A DNA stretch of 64,000 bases from an uncultured Lachnospiraceae bacterium (GTDB lineage: Bacteria; Bacillota; Clostridia; Lachnospirales; Lachnospiraceae), in NCBI GenBank assembly GCA_902789555.1, contig CADAOF010000007.1, positions 12,014 through 76,013 on the forward strand. Reading direction: 5' to 3'. How positions within the stretch are numbered: position 1 is the first letter of the stretch; each line of letters starts with the position of its first letter. The translations under genes were made by a program, and so were the position numbers. The notes beneath the pieces were generated by a model, which saw only the letters and a list, made by a program, of their open reading frames with translations, made no database searches and was not told the origin of the DNA. Of this stretch, positions 27,775 to 38,910 are shown in pieces.

Positions 27775-28027
27775 TACCTTTAATATTTCAAAGCGTTGAG
27801 GAGAAGAGTAAGACGAGAAGGCCCGTCCAGAGAGAAGCGCAGATGCTGGAAGCGCTTTACGGGAGACCGTCCGAAGACCGGCTCCGAGCGGCCCCAATCC
27901 GGCCCGGCAGGCACCGTTATCAGCCAATGAAGAGTCCCGGGATTTCCGGGAAAGCGGGGTGGAACCGCGGGTTATGAAGACTCGTCCCTGGCAGCTGTTT
28001 TTGAAACGGCGGTCGGGGATTTTTTAT
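27775..28027 (+). promoter_or_regulatory. T-box riboswitch leader (Thr) controlling thrS
   Basis: Promoter TTGACA-16-TAAGAT at 27740-27767. Leader has a candidate ACC specifier at 27877-27879 (GAAGACCG), a T-box AAAGCGGGGUGGAACCGCGGG at 27950-27971, and a terminator plus T6 ending near 28027. Confidence 0.85.
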
Positions 28028-28104
28028 GTTAAGACCGCCCTCGCCCGGTCAGCTGAGGCTGACGTCCCTCTTTCCCGTCCGGGAGAGGGTGAAAGGAGAA
28101 TGAC

Positions 28105-30033
28105 ATGAAGATCACACTGAAAGACGGTTCGGTACGCGAATACGACCGCCCGATGAGCGCGTACGAGATCGCGTGCGATATCAGCGAGGGCCTTGGCCGG
28201 ATGGCCTGCCTCGCCAACATCAACGGTGAGGATAAGGACCTCCGCACCGTCATCGACGGCGACGCTGCCCTCAGCATTTATACGGCGCGGGATCCCCAGG
28301 GCCTCGCGGCGCTCCGCCATACCGCAAGCCATGTGATGGCACAGGCGATCAAGCACCTGTATCCGTCCGCGAAACTTGCCATCGGCCCGTCCATCGCCGA
28401 AGGCTTCTACTACGACATCGACTTTGCGGAACCCATTTCCGCCGACGACCTCGCGAAGATCGAAGACGAGATGAAGAAGATCGTCAAGCAGGATCTGCCG
28501 CTGGAGCGCTATGAACTGCCCCGCGAAGAAGCCATCGCCTGGGCGAAGTCCGTGGAGGAGCCGTACAAGGTGGAACTGATCACGGACCTTCCCGAAGACG
28601 CCGCCATCAGCTTCTATAAACAGGGCGATTTCACCGATCTCTGCGCCGGCCCGCACCTCATGAGCACCGGCAAGGTCGGCAAGGCCTATAAGCTCCTGAA
28701 CCTCGCGGGCGCCTACTGGCGCGGCAGCGAGAAGAACAAGATGCTGACCCGTATCTATGCGACGGCCTTCGCGAAGAAGGACGAACTGGACGAATACCTG
28801 CAGAAGCTTGAGGAAGCGAAGAAGCGCGACCACCGGAAACTCGGCCGCGAGCTCGGCCTCTTCATGACGGATGAACTGGTCGGCAAGGGCATGCCCATGT
28901 TCCTGCCGAAGGGCTATACCGTCTGGCGCATCCTGGAAAACTACATCCGCGACAAGGAACTGGCCCAGGGCTATCAGCACGTGCTGACGCCCTGCATCGG
29001 CACGGTCGACCTGTACAAGACCTCCGGCCACTGGGATCATTACCAGAAGAACATGTTCCCGGCCATGCAGGTCGAGGACGAAATGTACGTTCTGCGCCCG
29101 ATGAACTGCCCGCACCACATGCGCATCTATGCGAATCAGCCGCATTCCTACCGGAACCTGCCGGTCCGTATCGGCGAGATCGCGCACGACTTCCGCTATG
29201 AGGCTTCCGGTACCCTGAAGGGCATCGAGCGCGGCCGCCATTTCTGCCAGAACGACGCGCACCTTTTCGTTACGCCCGAACAGATCAAGGACGAATTCAG
29301 CAAGGTCGTCGACCTGATCTTCGATACCTACAAGGATTTCGGCATTACGGATTACCGCTGCGTCCTGTCGCTCAGGGATCCGGCCGACAAGGAAAAATAC
29401 CACGATGACGACGTGATGTGGAACACGGCGGAAAATGCCCTCCGCGAAGTCCTGAACGAACTCGGACTGGAATATACGGAGGAGATCGGCGAAGCCGCCT
29501 TCTACGGCCCGAAGCTGGACGTTAACGTGAAGCCCGCCATCGGCGCGGAATACACGCTGTCGACCTGCCAGCTGGACTTCTGCCTGCCCGCTAAGTTCAA
29601 CCTGGTCTACATCGACAAGGATAACCAGGAAAGGACGCCCGTCGTGCTTCACCGCGCGATCCTCGGCTCGCTCGACCGCTTCATGGCCTACCTCATCGAG
29701 GAGACCATGGGGAACTTCCCGCTCTGGCTCGCGCCGGTGCAGGTAAAGGTCCTGCCGATCTCGGACCGCTTCATGGACTATGCCGAGAAGGTGAATGCAG
29801 CGCTTGAGGACGCCGGCATCCGTACCGAGCTTGACCGCCGCGGCGAGAAGATCGGCTACAAGATCCGCGAAGCGCAGCAGCAGAAGGTACCGTACATGGT
29901 CATCGTCGGCCAGAAGGAAGCGGAGAGCGGCACGCTGTCCATCCGTAACCGCGCGGGCGAAGAGACACATGACGTTTCCGAAGACGCATTCATCGCACAG
30001 CTGAAGGAAGAGATCCGCGCCAAGGCGCGCTGA
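28105..30033 (+). CDS. thrS: Threonine--tRNA ligase
   Basis: 642 aa with a TGS domain, editing-domain motif HTASHVMAQA, a class II core and an anticodon-binding domain. Confidence 0.95.
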   Translation: MKITLKDGSVREYDRPMSAYEIACDISEGLGRMACLANINGEDKDLRTVIDGDAALSIYTARDPQGLAALRHTASHVMAQAIKHLYPSAKLAIGPSIAEGFYYDIDFAEPISADDLAKIEDEMKKIVKQDLPLERYELPREEAIAWAKSVEEPYKVELITDLPEDAAISFYKQGDFTDLCAGPHLMSTGKVGKAYKLLNLAGAYWRGSEKNKMLTRIYATAFAKKDELDEYLQKLEEAKKRDHRKLGRELGLFMTDELVGKGMPMFLPKGYTVWRILENYIRDKELAQGYQHVLTPCIGTVDLYKTSGHWDHYQKNMFPAMQVEDEMYVLRPMNCPHHMRIYANQPHSYRNLPVRIGEIAHDFRYEASGTLKGIERGRHFCQNDAHLFVTPEQIKDEFSKVVDLIFDTYKDFGITDYRCVLSLRDPADKEKYHDDDVMWNTAENALREVLNELGLEYTEEIGEAAFYGPKLDVNVKPAIGAEYTLSTCQLDFCLPAKFNLVYIDKDNQERTPVVLHRAILGSLDRFMAYLIEETMGNFPLWLAPVQVKVLPISDRFMDYAEKVNAALEDAGIRTELDRRGEKIGYKIREAQQQKVPYMVIVGQKEAESGTLSIRNRAGEETHDVSEDAFIAQLKEEIRAKAR

Positions 30034-30155
30034 ACCTGAATCAGATCATATTTCCGAAACTCGTCAATGAGAACCGGAAAGCACCGCAGAAGGAAGAAGA
30101 CATCAACCTGAAGAATCCCGGCGCGTAAAACAAAATAACGGCGATCCATGCAAAT

Positions 30156-30190
30156 AAGAACGGGGAATGCTTTTCATTTCCCGTTCTTTA
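30156..30190 (+). terminator. Rho-independent terminator after thrS
   Basis: AAGAACGGGGA-loop-TCCCGTTCTT followed by TA and a T-rich tail. Confidence 0.6.
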
Positions 30191-30232
30191 TGTTATGATG
30201 AACGTACAAAGTTTCGTAAAAGGAGTATCCAG

Positions 30233-31906
30233 ATGAAAGCAGTTTTTTTGGGTGCGACGCATGAAGTGACCGGCTCCATCACCTACCTGGAAGCCGGCAA
30301 ACATAAGTTTCTGGTGGACTGCGGCATGGAACAGGGCAAGGATATCTTTGTCAATCAGGATATCCCCGTGAACGCATCCGAGATCGAAGCCGTCTTTCTG
30401 ACCCACGCGCACGTGGACCATTCGGGCAATCTGCCGCTCCTGTATAAGAGAGGCTTCCGCGGCAATGTCTATGCGACAGAGGCCACGGCCAATCTCTGCG
30501 CGATCATGCTCCTCGACTGCGCAAACATTCAGGAGAAAGAATCGGAGTGGAAGAACCGGAAGAACAAACGTGCCGGACGCGATGAGACCGAGCCGATGTA
30601 TACCATGGACGATGCCAAGGAAGTAATCAAGCGCTTCATCCCCGTCGAATACGGCAAACGCGTCCAGGTGGAGGAAAACTGCGAGATCTGCTTCCGCAAT
30701 GCCGGGCATCTTCTGGGGGCTGCGTCCATCGAGATCTGGCTGACGGAGAACCGGTATAAGAGGAAAATCGTTTTCTCGGGCGATATCGGCAATGCGAACC
30801 GTCCGCTCATCTGCGATCCCGAACCGCCGGAAGAGGCAGACTACGTAGTGATCGAATCGACCTACGGGAACCGTCTGCATCCGCAGTCGATGGGAAAGCG
30901 CGCCTACATTGACCAGCTGGCGGAGATCATCGACCGGACCATGGCGCGCGGCGGCAACGTCGTGATCCCGTCCTTCGCCGTCGGCCGTACGCAGGAACTG
31001 CTGTTCTTCCTCAGGGAGATCAAGGCAGAAGGCATGGTGAAGAGCGTGCCGGATTTTCGTGTTTTCGTCGACAGCCCGCTGGCCGTCGAGGCGACCAATA
31101 TCTTCCTGCAGACGCCGCCGGAGTACTTTGCCGAAGAAGTGCGGGAGATCCTGCTGCAGGGCGAAAATCCGATCTTCTTCGACGGGCTGAATGTCGCCGT
31201 CACGACGGATGAATCCATTGCCATCAACACCGATCCCGGTCCGAAGGTGATCCTGTCGGCCAGCGGCATGTGCGAAGCCGGCCGCATCCGCCATCACCTG
31301 AAACACAATCTGTGGCGCAAGGAGTCCACGATCTGCTTCGCCGGCTATCAGACGGAAGGTACGCTCGGCCGCGCGCTGCAGGACGGTGCGACTACGGTAA
31401 AACTTTTCAGCGAGGACATTGCCGTGAACGCGGAGATCGCGACGCTGGAAGGCACGAGCGGCCACGCGGATAAGGAAGGCCTTGTCGCCTGGCTGACCGG
31501 AATGAAGAAAAAGCCGAAAATGGTCTTTGTCAACCATGGCGAAGATGAGGTTGCAGCATCTTTTGCGGAGCTTCTGAGCGACGGCATGGGCTATATCACC
31601 ATGGCACCGTACAGCGGCACGGAGTTCGACCTGGTGGCCGGCAAGGTAAGGCTGATGACCGAGGGTATCCCGGTCCGGCCTGAAGAAGCGGCATCCGAGA
31701 AGGCGGAAGGCATCTTCGGTAAGCTTAAGGACGCGCTCAGCCGTCTGCAGAAGCTGGTCTCCGGCATGAGAGACAACAGCAACAAGGAACTCGAGGCGCT
31801 GACCGGCGAGATCGATGCGCTGACCGAAAAGTTCGCGAACTGGGAAGATCCCGATAAGGAAGAAGATAAAAAAGAGAAACCTGAGGAGAAGACCGAAGAG
31901 AAATAA
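30233..31906 (+). CDS. MBL-fold beta-CASP family hydrolase (RNase J/CPSF-like ribonuclease family)
   Basis: Metallo-beta-lactamase motif LTHAHVDHSGNLP, with beta-CASP and RNA-specificity regions and a C-terminal acidic/lysine tail. Start MKAVFLGATHEVTGS after AAAGGAG. Confidence 0.8.
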   Translation: MKAVFLGATHEVTGSITYLEAGKHKFLVDCGMEQGKDIFVNQDIPVNASEIEAVFLTHAHVDHSGNLPLLYKRGFRGNVYATEATANLCAIMLLDCANIQEKESEWKNRKNKRAGRDETEPMYTMDDAKEVIKRFIPVEYGKRVQVEENCEICFRNAGHLLGAASIEIWLTENRYKRKIVFSGDIGNANRPLICDPEPPEEADYVVIESTYGNRLHPQSMGKRAYIDQLAEIIDRTMARGGNVVIPSFAVGRTQELLFFLREIKAEGMVKSVPDFRVFVDSPLAVEATNIFLQTPPEYFAEEVREILLQGENPIFFDGLNVAVTTDESIAINTDPGPKVILSASGMCEAGRIRHHLKHNLWRKESTICFAGYQTEGTLGRALQDGATTVKLFSEDIAVNAEIATLEGTSGHADKEGLVAWLTGMKKKPKMVFVNHGEDEVAASFAELLSDGMGYITMAPYSGTEFDLVAGKVRLMTEGIPVRPEEAASEKAEGIFGKLKDALSRLQKLVSGMRDNSNKELEALTGEIDALTEKFANWEDPDKEEDKKEKPEEKTEEK

Positions 31907-31942
31907 AACGCTTCGGCAGAGGTTTTCCGGAAGGAAAGTTCG

Positions 31943-32563
31943 ATGAAACGCAATTATGACCGCGAAATGCTGAAAGTCATGGAAGAGATCGGCAGGCAGG
32001 GCGAAACGCCCCGCCTGCTGCTTCATTCCTGCTGCGCACCCTGCAGTACGGTCTGCCTGGAGCGCCTCTCGGAAGTTTTTGCGGTAACCGTTTTTTACTA
32101 CGACCCGAACATCTTTCCGGAAGAGGAGTATCTTTTCCGGAAGCAGGAGCAGATCGAATTCATCCGCCGCCATCCCTTCCGCCACCCGGTGAGTTTTCTG
32201 GACGGCGATTATGATACGGAACGTTTTTACGCGGCCGTAAAGGGGCACGAAAATGACCCGGAACGCGGCGAACGCTGCCGGATCTGCTACCGCCTGCGCC
32301 TCGGGCGGACCGCCGAAGAGGCCGCGGCAGGAGGCTTTCCCTACTTTGCCTCGACCCTGACCTTAAGCCCGCTCAAGGATACCGAAGCCCTGAACGCGAT
32401 CGGGGAGGAAGAGGCTGCCCGCTGCGGCGTCATCTGGCTGCCGTCGGACTTCAAAAAAAGGAACGGATTTCTCCGTTCCTGTGAGATCACGAATGAGTAC
32501 GGCATGTACCGGCAGGATTACTGCGGCTGCATGTATTCTTTGAGGACGTCTGAAACTCACTGA
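31943..32563 (+). CDS. queH: Epoxyqueuosine reductase QueH (DUF208)
   Basis: Cys motifs HSCCAPCS, CRICYRLRL and YCGC. Confidence 0.85.
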   Translation: MKRNYDREMLKVMEEIGRQGETPRLLLHSCCAPCSTVCLERLSEVFAVTVFYYDPNIFPEEEYLFRKQEQIEFIRRHPFRHPVSFLDGDYDTERFYAAVKGHENDPERGERCRICYRLRLGRTAEEAAAGGFPYFASTLTLSPLKDTEALNAIGEEEAARCGVIWLPSDFKKRNGFLRSCEITNEYGMYRQDYCGCMYSLRTSETH

Positions 32564-33084
32564 TCCTCCAGAAGTTCGTCCATGACAAGTGAATAGACTT
32601 TCTGGCTCGCGCTCTGCCAGCGGTTTGCGATCGCCTGTGCCTGCTCTTCGTCGGGCACAGACAGCACCAGCCGCATGAGCGTCGATTTGCCTTCGCGGAT
32701 CCCGCAGTCGACCTCGTATTCCGTCGACTGGGGGAGTTTTTTATAGTCGGCTGTGATTCCCATTTCATTGCGAAGGCGCATGTTGTTCTCGCTGATGAAC
32801 TGGTGGATGTCCGTCTTGACCGGATCGGGGATGTCCTTGCCGAAGTAGCCGAGCGCTTCCTCGCCCTCGCGGGTGATCTCGCAGCGATTCTGGCCTCTCA
32901 CCGTGGAGGACTTGATCAGATGCGCGTCAAAAAGTTCCCCGATGACCTGCTGGAGGGAGAGATAGTTCGTATACTCCTTCGACAGGAAGAATTCGGAGAT
33001 CTGTTCGTTGGAAAGCGGCAGATTGGCCTGACGCAGCATGTAGAGGACCATGAGCTTGTAAAGCACCTGCGGATCGTTGATCAT
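32557..33084 (-). CDS. DUF4364 family protein (putative wHTH regulator)
   Basis: Start MINDPQVLYKLMVLYMLRQANLPLSNEQISEF, chosen after a GAGG RBS. The family is common in Clostridia. Confidence 0.7.
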   Translation of the reverse strand: MINDPQVLYKLMVLYMLRQANLPLSNEQISEFFLSKEYTNYLSLQQVIGELFDAHLIKSSTVRGQNRCEITREGEEALGYFGKDIPDPVKTDIHQFISENNMRLRNEMGITADYKKLPQSTEYEVDCGIREGKSTLMRLVLSVPDEEQAQAIANRWQSASQKVYSLVMDELLEDQ

Positions 33085-33316
33085 AGGATTGCCTCGCATG
33101 AAATTTTTCAGCAATATTTTATCAAATTACAGTCCGTATTGCAAGAAAAACACTTGCAATTTCAAGGCATTATGCTATGCTGAACGATGAGTAAAGGTTC
33201 GTAATCCGGCTTTTCCACTTGCCGTCACATCTGCACCTTCCTCAGTTTCCTGAAGGTATTTCCCAATTCATTGACAATTCAAGGCGGCTTCGGCCGTCCG
33301 TTAAGGAGTGTTTTTT

Positions 33317-35245
33317 ATGAGCATCATTATCGAAGATCAGTCGCTTCCCACGTTGAAAGAATGGGCGAAGCTGCTGGGCATCAAGGGCACCAGCACCTTC
33401 CGCAAACCTCAGATGGTCGATTTGATGAATAAGGTCGGCGCGGAGCGTATTGAAAAGGCGCTGCGCCTTGCCGGCGTGGATCCTGAGGCAGCAGCGGCAG
33501 AACCTGCGCAGGCAGAGAACGCGGAACAGGAAGCTGCTCCCGCAAAACCCGAAGAAACCGCCCCGGCAGCGCCTGCCGAGCGTACGGTCGGCGGAAGGCC
33601 CCGTTCCCGCTGGACCAGCATTTCCAAGAACTTCAGCAGGCCGGAGGCCGCTTCAGCCGGTGCGGAAGCCGCGGAGATCAAGGCGCGCACGCTGGGAAAA
33701 CCGGTCAACGACGCGCCGGATGACAACAGCGAGATCTCGGAACCTGAGGAAGGCACGGCAGCAAGGCCGCGCCGCATCGGCGAAAGCCTGAGCGTGACGG
33801 CTCCGCAGACCGGGCGTTATACCGGGCGCGGAGGCTTCGGCACCTATTCCGCGTCTTATCTCGCACAGACCGAAAAGCCTGAAGACTATGAAAGGAGCGA
33901 CCGCGCGCCGGTGCGTCCCGAACGGGTAACGCAGGCAAGTTCCGGCCGCACCTTCAGCGCGCCGGCGGTGGTACAGGAGAGCCGCACGGAAGTGCCTGCG
34001 GAGATCCGCCCGAAACGCGAAGAGCCGGAAGTGAGAGAGACCCGTGAGATCCGCGTGCGGGAGATCCCCGAAGTCCGCGAAAACAAGGAAAACAGGGACG
34101 AACTTCCGCAGGGCGTGCCGACCGGCGAACCCGCGTACGGCATCCTTGAGGTCCTGCCCGACGGCTTCGGCTTCATCCGCAGCGAGAACTTCATGCCCGG
34201 CGAGAACGACGTCTACGTATCGCCTTCGCAGATCCACCGTTTCGGACTGAAGACCGGCGACGTCATCCGCGGCATTACCAAAGCCCGGACCGGCACCGAA
34301 AAGTTTGCGGCGCTGCTGTATATTGAATCCATCAATGACGAGGCACCGGACGCCGCAGCGAAGCGGACGAAATTCGAAGACCTGACACCGGTATTTCCGG
34401 ACGAACGGATCCGGCTGGAGACTGAGACGGAAGCGCGTGCGATGCGGATCATGGACCTCATGGCACCGATCGGCAAGGGCCAGCGCGGCATGATCGTTTC
34501 CCCGCCCAAGGCCGGCAAAACCACGCTCATCAAGGAAGTCGCCAAGGCCGTCACGGTGAACCACCCGGACATCCACATCCTGATCCTGCTGATCGACGAG
34601 CGGCCGGAGGAAGTGACCGACATTAAGGAATCGATCGGCGGAGACAACGTCGAAGTCATCTATTCGACCTTCGACGAACTGCCGGACCACCACAGAAGAG
34701 TGGCGGAGATGGTGCTCGGCCGGGCGCAGCGCCTGGTGGAACACGGCCGCGACGTCATGATCCTGCTCGACAGCATCACGCGCCTGTCGCGGGCTTACAA
34801 CCTGATCGTCACGCCGAGCGGACGCACGCTCTCCGGCGGTCTCGATCCCGCGGCGCTCTACATGCCGAAGAAGTTCTTCGGTGCGGCCAGAAACACCCGC
34901 GAAGGCGGAAGCCTGACGATCCTTGCGACGGCCCTCGTAGAGACCGGCAGCCGCATGGACGATATCATCTTCGAGGAGTTCAAGGGTACCGGCAACATGG
35001 AGCTGGTGCTTGACCGGAAACTTTCCGAACGACGCATCTTCCCGGCCATCGACATCCTGAAGTCCGGCACCAGACGCGACGACCTGCTGCTGACGAAAGA
35101 AGAGGCGGAGGTCACGGAAATGATCAGGCGCGCGATCGGCAGCCAGAGCCGCGGTGAGGAAGCGCTCGAACAGATCCTGGATCTGATGCGCCACACGAGA
35201 AACAACGCGGAATTCTGCCAGCGTCTGCGCCAGATACGCTTTTAA
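33317..35245 (+). CDS. rho: Transcription termination factor Rho with a long N-terminal insertion
   Basis: Rho_N (LPTLKEWAKLLGIKGTSTFRKPQMVDLM), then about 220 aa of A/E/P/R-rich low complexity. Then the OB RNA-binding domain (GILEVLPDGFGFIRSENF), Walker A PPKAGKTT and the RecA-type core. Confidence 0.95.
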   Translation: MSIIIEDQSLPTLKEWAKLLGIKGTSTFRKPQMVDLMNKVGAERIEKALRLAGVDPEAAAAEPAQAENAEQEAAPAKPEETAPAAPAERTVGGRPRSRWTSISKNFSRPEAASAGAEAAEIKARTLGKPVNDAPDDNSEISEPEEGTAARPRRIGESLSVTAPQTGRYTGRGGFGTYSASYLAQTEKPEDYERSDRAPVRPERVTQASSGRTFSAPAVVQESRTEVPAEIRPKREEPEVRETREIRVREIPEVRENKENRDELPQGVPTGEPAYGILEVLPDGFGFIRSENFMPGENDVYVSPSQIHRFGLKTGDVIRGITKARTGTEKFAALLYIESINDEAPDAAAKRTKFEDLTPVFPDERIRLETETEARAMRIMDLMAPIGKGQRGMIVSPPKAGKTTLIKEVAKAVTVNHPDIHILILLIDERPEEVTDIKESIGGDNVEVIYSTFDELPDHHRRVAEMVLGRAQRLVEHGRDVMILLDSITRLSRAYNLIVTPSGRTLSGGLDPAALYMPKKFFGAARNTREGGSLTILATALVETGSRMDDIIFEEFKGTGNMELVLDRKLSERRIFPAIDILKSGTRRDDLLLTKEEAEVTEMIRRAIGSQSRGEEALEQILDLMRHTRNNAEFCQRLRQIRF

Positions 35246-35425
35246 TCGTTGAAAACGCTCCGTTAACCCGAAAAACTGCCGCAGAAAATGTGTTTTCGGC
35301 GAAAAACTCCTTGCATTCCGCTTTTGCCTGTGCTATAGTGTCAGTTGCTGTTTTTGGAAATAACGGCATTCAAACGGGCAGGGCACACCATCCCTGAGCC
35401 GGAATCCTATTTCGAGGTGAAGATC

Positions 35426-35635
35426 ATGCAGGAGAAAATCCAGCCCAAGTACTACCAGTGCAAGGTGACTTGCAACTGCGGCAACGAGTTCATTACCGGG
35501 TCCACCAAGCCTGAGATCCACGTGGAGATCTGCTCCAAGTGCCATCCGTTCTACACCGGCCAGCAGAAGGCTGCGCAGGCTCGCGGACGTATCGAGAAAT
35601 TCAACAAGAAATACGGTCTGGGCAACAACCAGTAG
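35426..35635 (+). CDS. rpmE: 50S ribosomal protein L31 (Zn-ribbon type)
   Basis: 69 aa with CNCG...CSKCH motifs. Confidence 0.9.
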   Translation: MQEKIQPKYYQCKVTCNCGNEFITGSTKPEIHVEICSKCHPFYTGQQKAAQARGRIEKFNKKYGLGNNQ

Positions 35636-35644
35636 CGTATCGCC

Positions 35645-35700
35645 AAAGACAAAAGGCCCGGCTTTCCCATCCGGAAGGCGTGAGGCCTTTTGTCTTTTTA
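35645..35700 (+). terminator. Terminator after rpmE
   Basis: Long hairpin AAAGACAAAAGGCC...GGCCTTTTGTCTTT followed by TTTA. Confidence 0.75.
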
Positions 35701-35723
35701 TTTGTAAGATCACAGAGGTTGAC

Positions 35724-36752
35724 ATGAAATATTCGGGTGTCGGCGGCCAGGCTGTCCTGGAAGGCGTCATGATGCGAAACGGCAGCAGCTATGCCGTGGC
35801 GGTCAGGAAGCCGGACGGCGGGATCGCCGTGAAAAACGAAAAACAGAAGGAACGCAGTGAATTCGGCGAGAGATGCCGCAAGATCCCCTTCGTGAGAGGC
35901 GTCATCGCCTTTGTCGACTCGCTTTCCCTCGGCTTGAAGACGCTGGAGTACTCCGCGTCGTTCCTGGAGGAGGAAGAGGAGGCCGCGGAAAAGGCGAAGG
36001 CAGCAGCCGGCGAGGGAACTGCGGAGAAGACTGCCGGGAAGAACAGTGAGAAGAAGGACGGCATGATGATGGCGGCAAGCCTCGTGCTGGCGGCTGCCCT
36101 CTGCGTCGGGCTCTTCATCCTGCTGCCGATGTTCCTGGTGAGCCTGCTCAGACCCATCGTTCAGAGCCGCTTCCTGATCTCGCTGCTGGAGGGCATCCTC
36201 CGGGTCGCCATCTTCCTTGTCTACATCGTCCTCATCTCAAAAATGAAGGATATCCGCCGCGTGTTCATGTATCACGGTGCGGAACATAAATGCATCAACT
36301 GCATCGAGCACGGCCTGCCGCTGGACGTCAGTCACGTTCGGGCAAGTTCACGTCAGCACAAGCGCTGCGGGACCAGCTTCCTGCTGTTCGTCATGCTGGT
36401 CAGCGTATTCGTGGGGATCTTCCTTCCGAAGGACATTTTGTGGCAGAGGCTCCTTTCGCGCCTCATCATGCTTCCGCTGGTCATGGGGATCTCCTATGAG
36501 ATCATTCACTGGGCGGGAAGCACCGATTCGAAGTTCGCGGACGTGATGAGCAAACCGGGACTCTGGCTCCAGAAAACCTTCACGACCAGGGAACCTGAGG
36601 ATGACATGATCGAAGTCGGTATCGCGTCGGTGAACGCGGTCTTCGACTGGAAGGTGTGGCAGGAAAAGGAACTGGGTATCGTCTTTGAAGAAGATGCTCC
36701 CGGGGAAGGCACCGGCTCAGCACGTGAAAAGGAGGCCGGAAATGACCTTTGA
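35724..36752 (+). CDS. DUF1385 domain membrane protein
   Basis: 342 aa, GGQAVLEGVMMR..YHGAEHK motif, in the usual position upstream of prmC. Confidence 0.8.
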   Translation: MKYSGVGGQAVLEGVMMRNGSSYAVAVRKPDGGIAVKNEKQKERSEFGERCRKIPFVRGVIAFVDSLSLGLKTLEYSASFLEEEEEAAEKAKAAAGEGTAEKTAGKNSEKKDGMMMAASLVLAAALCVGLFILLPMFLVSLLRPIVQSRFLISLLEGILRVAIFLVYIVLISKMKDIRRVFMYHGAEHKCINCIEHGLPLDVSHVRASSRQHKRCGTSFLLFVMLVSVFVGIFLPKDILWQRLLSRLIMLPLVMGISYEIIHWAGSTDSKFADVMSKPGLWLQKTFTTREPEDDMIEVGIASVNAVFDWKVWQEKELGIVFEEDAPGEGTGSAREKEAGNDL

Positions 36753-37611
36753 CGAGCTTCTTAAGGAAGGGATCACGCGGCTCGAAGCCGCAGGCGTTCC
36801 GGAAGCCGCCCATGATGCGTATGCGCTCATGGAAGCGGCCGGCGGCCCTGACCGCACGCATTTTCCGCTGGTCAGAGGAGAGGAAGTCTCAGACGGCGTC
36901 GTCTTCATGTTTGACGCCTATGTGGGAGTCCGCTCGAACCGCATTCCGCTGCAGCACATCCTGGGTGAAGCCTGGTTCCACGGGCTGCCCTTTACCGTTG
37001 ACGAAGACGTACTGATCCCCCGCCCTGACACGGAAACGCTCGTGGAAGCGGTGCTGCGCGAAGCGAAGACCTTCCCGGCTCCGCCTTCGCTGCTCGACCT
37101 CTGCACCGGCAGCGGCGCGGTCGCCGTCGCCCTTGCGGTGGAAGGCGGTTTTTCCTCGGTCACGGCGTCGGACATCTCCCACGAAGCAGTGAACATTGCC
37201 CGGGAGAACGCGGCGAAAAACGGCGTGGAAGAGAAGATCCTCTTTGCGGAGGGGGACCTGTTCCGCGCAAAGACGAAGAGTGAAAAATCCTTAAGCCGCA
37301 GAAGCTATGACATCATCTGCGCGAATCCGCCCTATGTTCCGACGGCGGAGATCGAAGAACTGGAACCCGAAGTCAGGGACCACGATCCGCTGCTTGCCCT
37401 GGACGGCGGCGCGGACGGCCTTGATTTCTACCGCCGGCTCGCAAAGGACGCCCCGGCGCATCTGAATGAAGGCGGGAAGATCCTGCTGGAGATCGGCTGC
37501 GGGCAGGGAGCGGACGTCATCCGGATCTTTACAGAGGCCGGCTGGCGCGAAGGACGCGTGGAACAGGACCTTTCCGGAAGGGACAGGGTGTTTTCCGCGC
37601 TGAAACCGTAA
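36742..37611 (+). CDS. prmC: Release-factor glutamine N5-methyltransferase PrmC (HemK)
   Basis: SAM motif LDLCTGSGAV and NPPY (ANPPYVP). Overlaps the DUF1385 stop by 11 nt. Confidence 0.9.
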   Translation: MTFDELLKEGITRLEAAGVPEAAHDAYALMEAAGGPDRTHFPLVRGEEVSDGVVFMFDAYVGVRSNRIPLQHILGEAWFHGLPFTVDEDVLIPRPDTETLVEAVLREAKTFPAPPSLLDLCTGSGAVAVALAVEGGFSSVTASDISHEAVNIARENAAKNGVEEKILFAEGDLFRAKTKSEKSLSRRSYDIICANPPYVPTAEIEELEPEVRDHDPLLALDGGADGLDFYRRLAKDAPAHLNEGGKILLEIGCGQGADVIRIFTEAGWREGRVEQDLSGRDRVFSALKP

Positions 37612-37657
37612 GAAGCGGCGGCCGTACGGCAGAAAACTGCCGCAGGAGGACTGAACC

Positions 37658-38730
<1,073 letters not shown>

Positions 38731-38731
<1 letters not shown>

Positions 38732-38754
38732 AAAAAGCAGGTCCGAAGACCTGC
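38731..38754 (-). terminator. Hairpin terminator for tRNA-Val (minus strand); may also end prfA
   Basis: GCAGGTC-CGAA-GACCTGC. On the minus strand it is followed by a T run. Confidence 0.65.
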
Positions 38755-38760
38755 GGATCG

Positions 38761-38834
38761 TGGAAGCAAAGGGGCTCGAACCCTTGACCTCTCGCGTGTG
38801 AGGCGAACGCTCATCCCAGCTGAGCTATGCTTCC
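38761..38834 (-). tRNA. tRNA-Val (anticodon CAC)
   Basis: The reverse complement folds as acceptor GGAAGCA/TGCTTCC, anticodon stem TTCGC/GCGAG, loop CTCACAC, T arm AAGGG-TTCGAGC-CCCTT. Confidence 0.9.
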
Positions 38835-38910
38835 TTGCTGATGTCAGCAAAGGACATTATACCATAGTTTTCCCGGATTGCAAGCGAATAATGACAAAAG
38901 GACACAGGAA

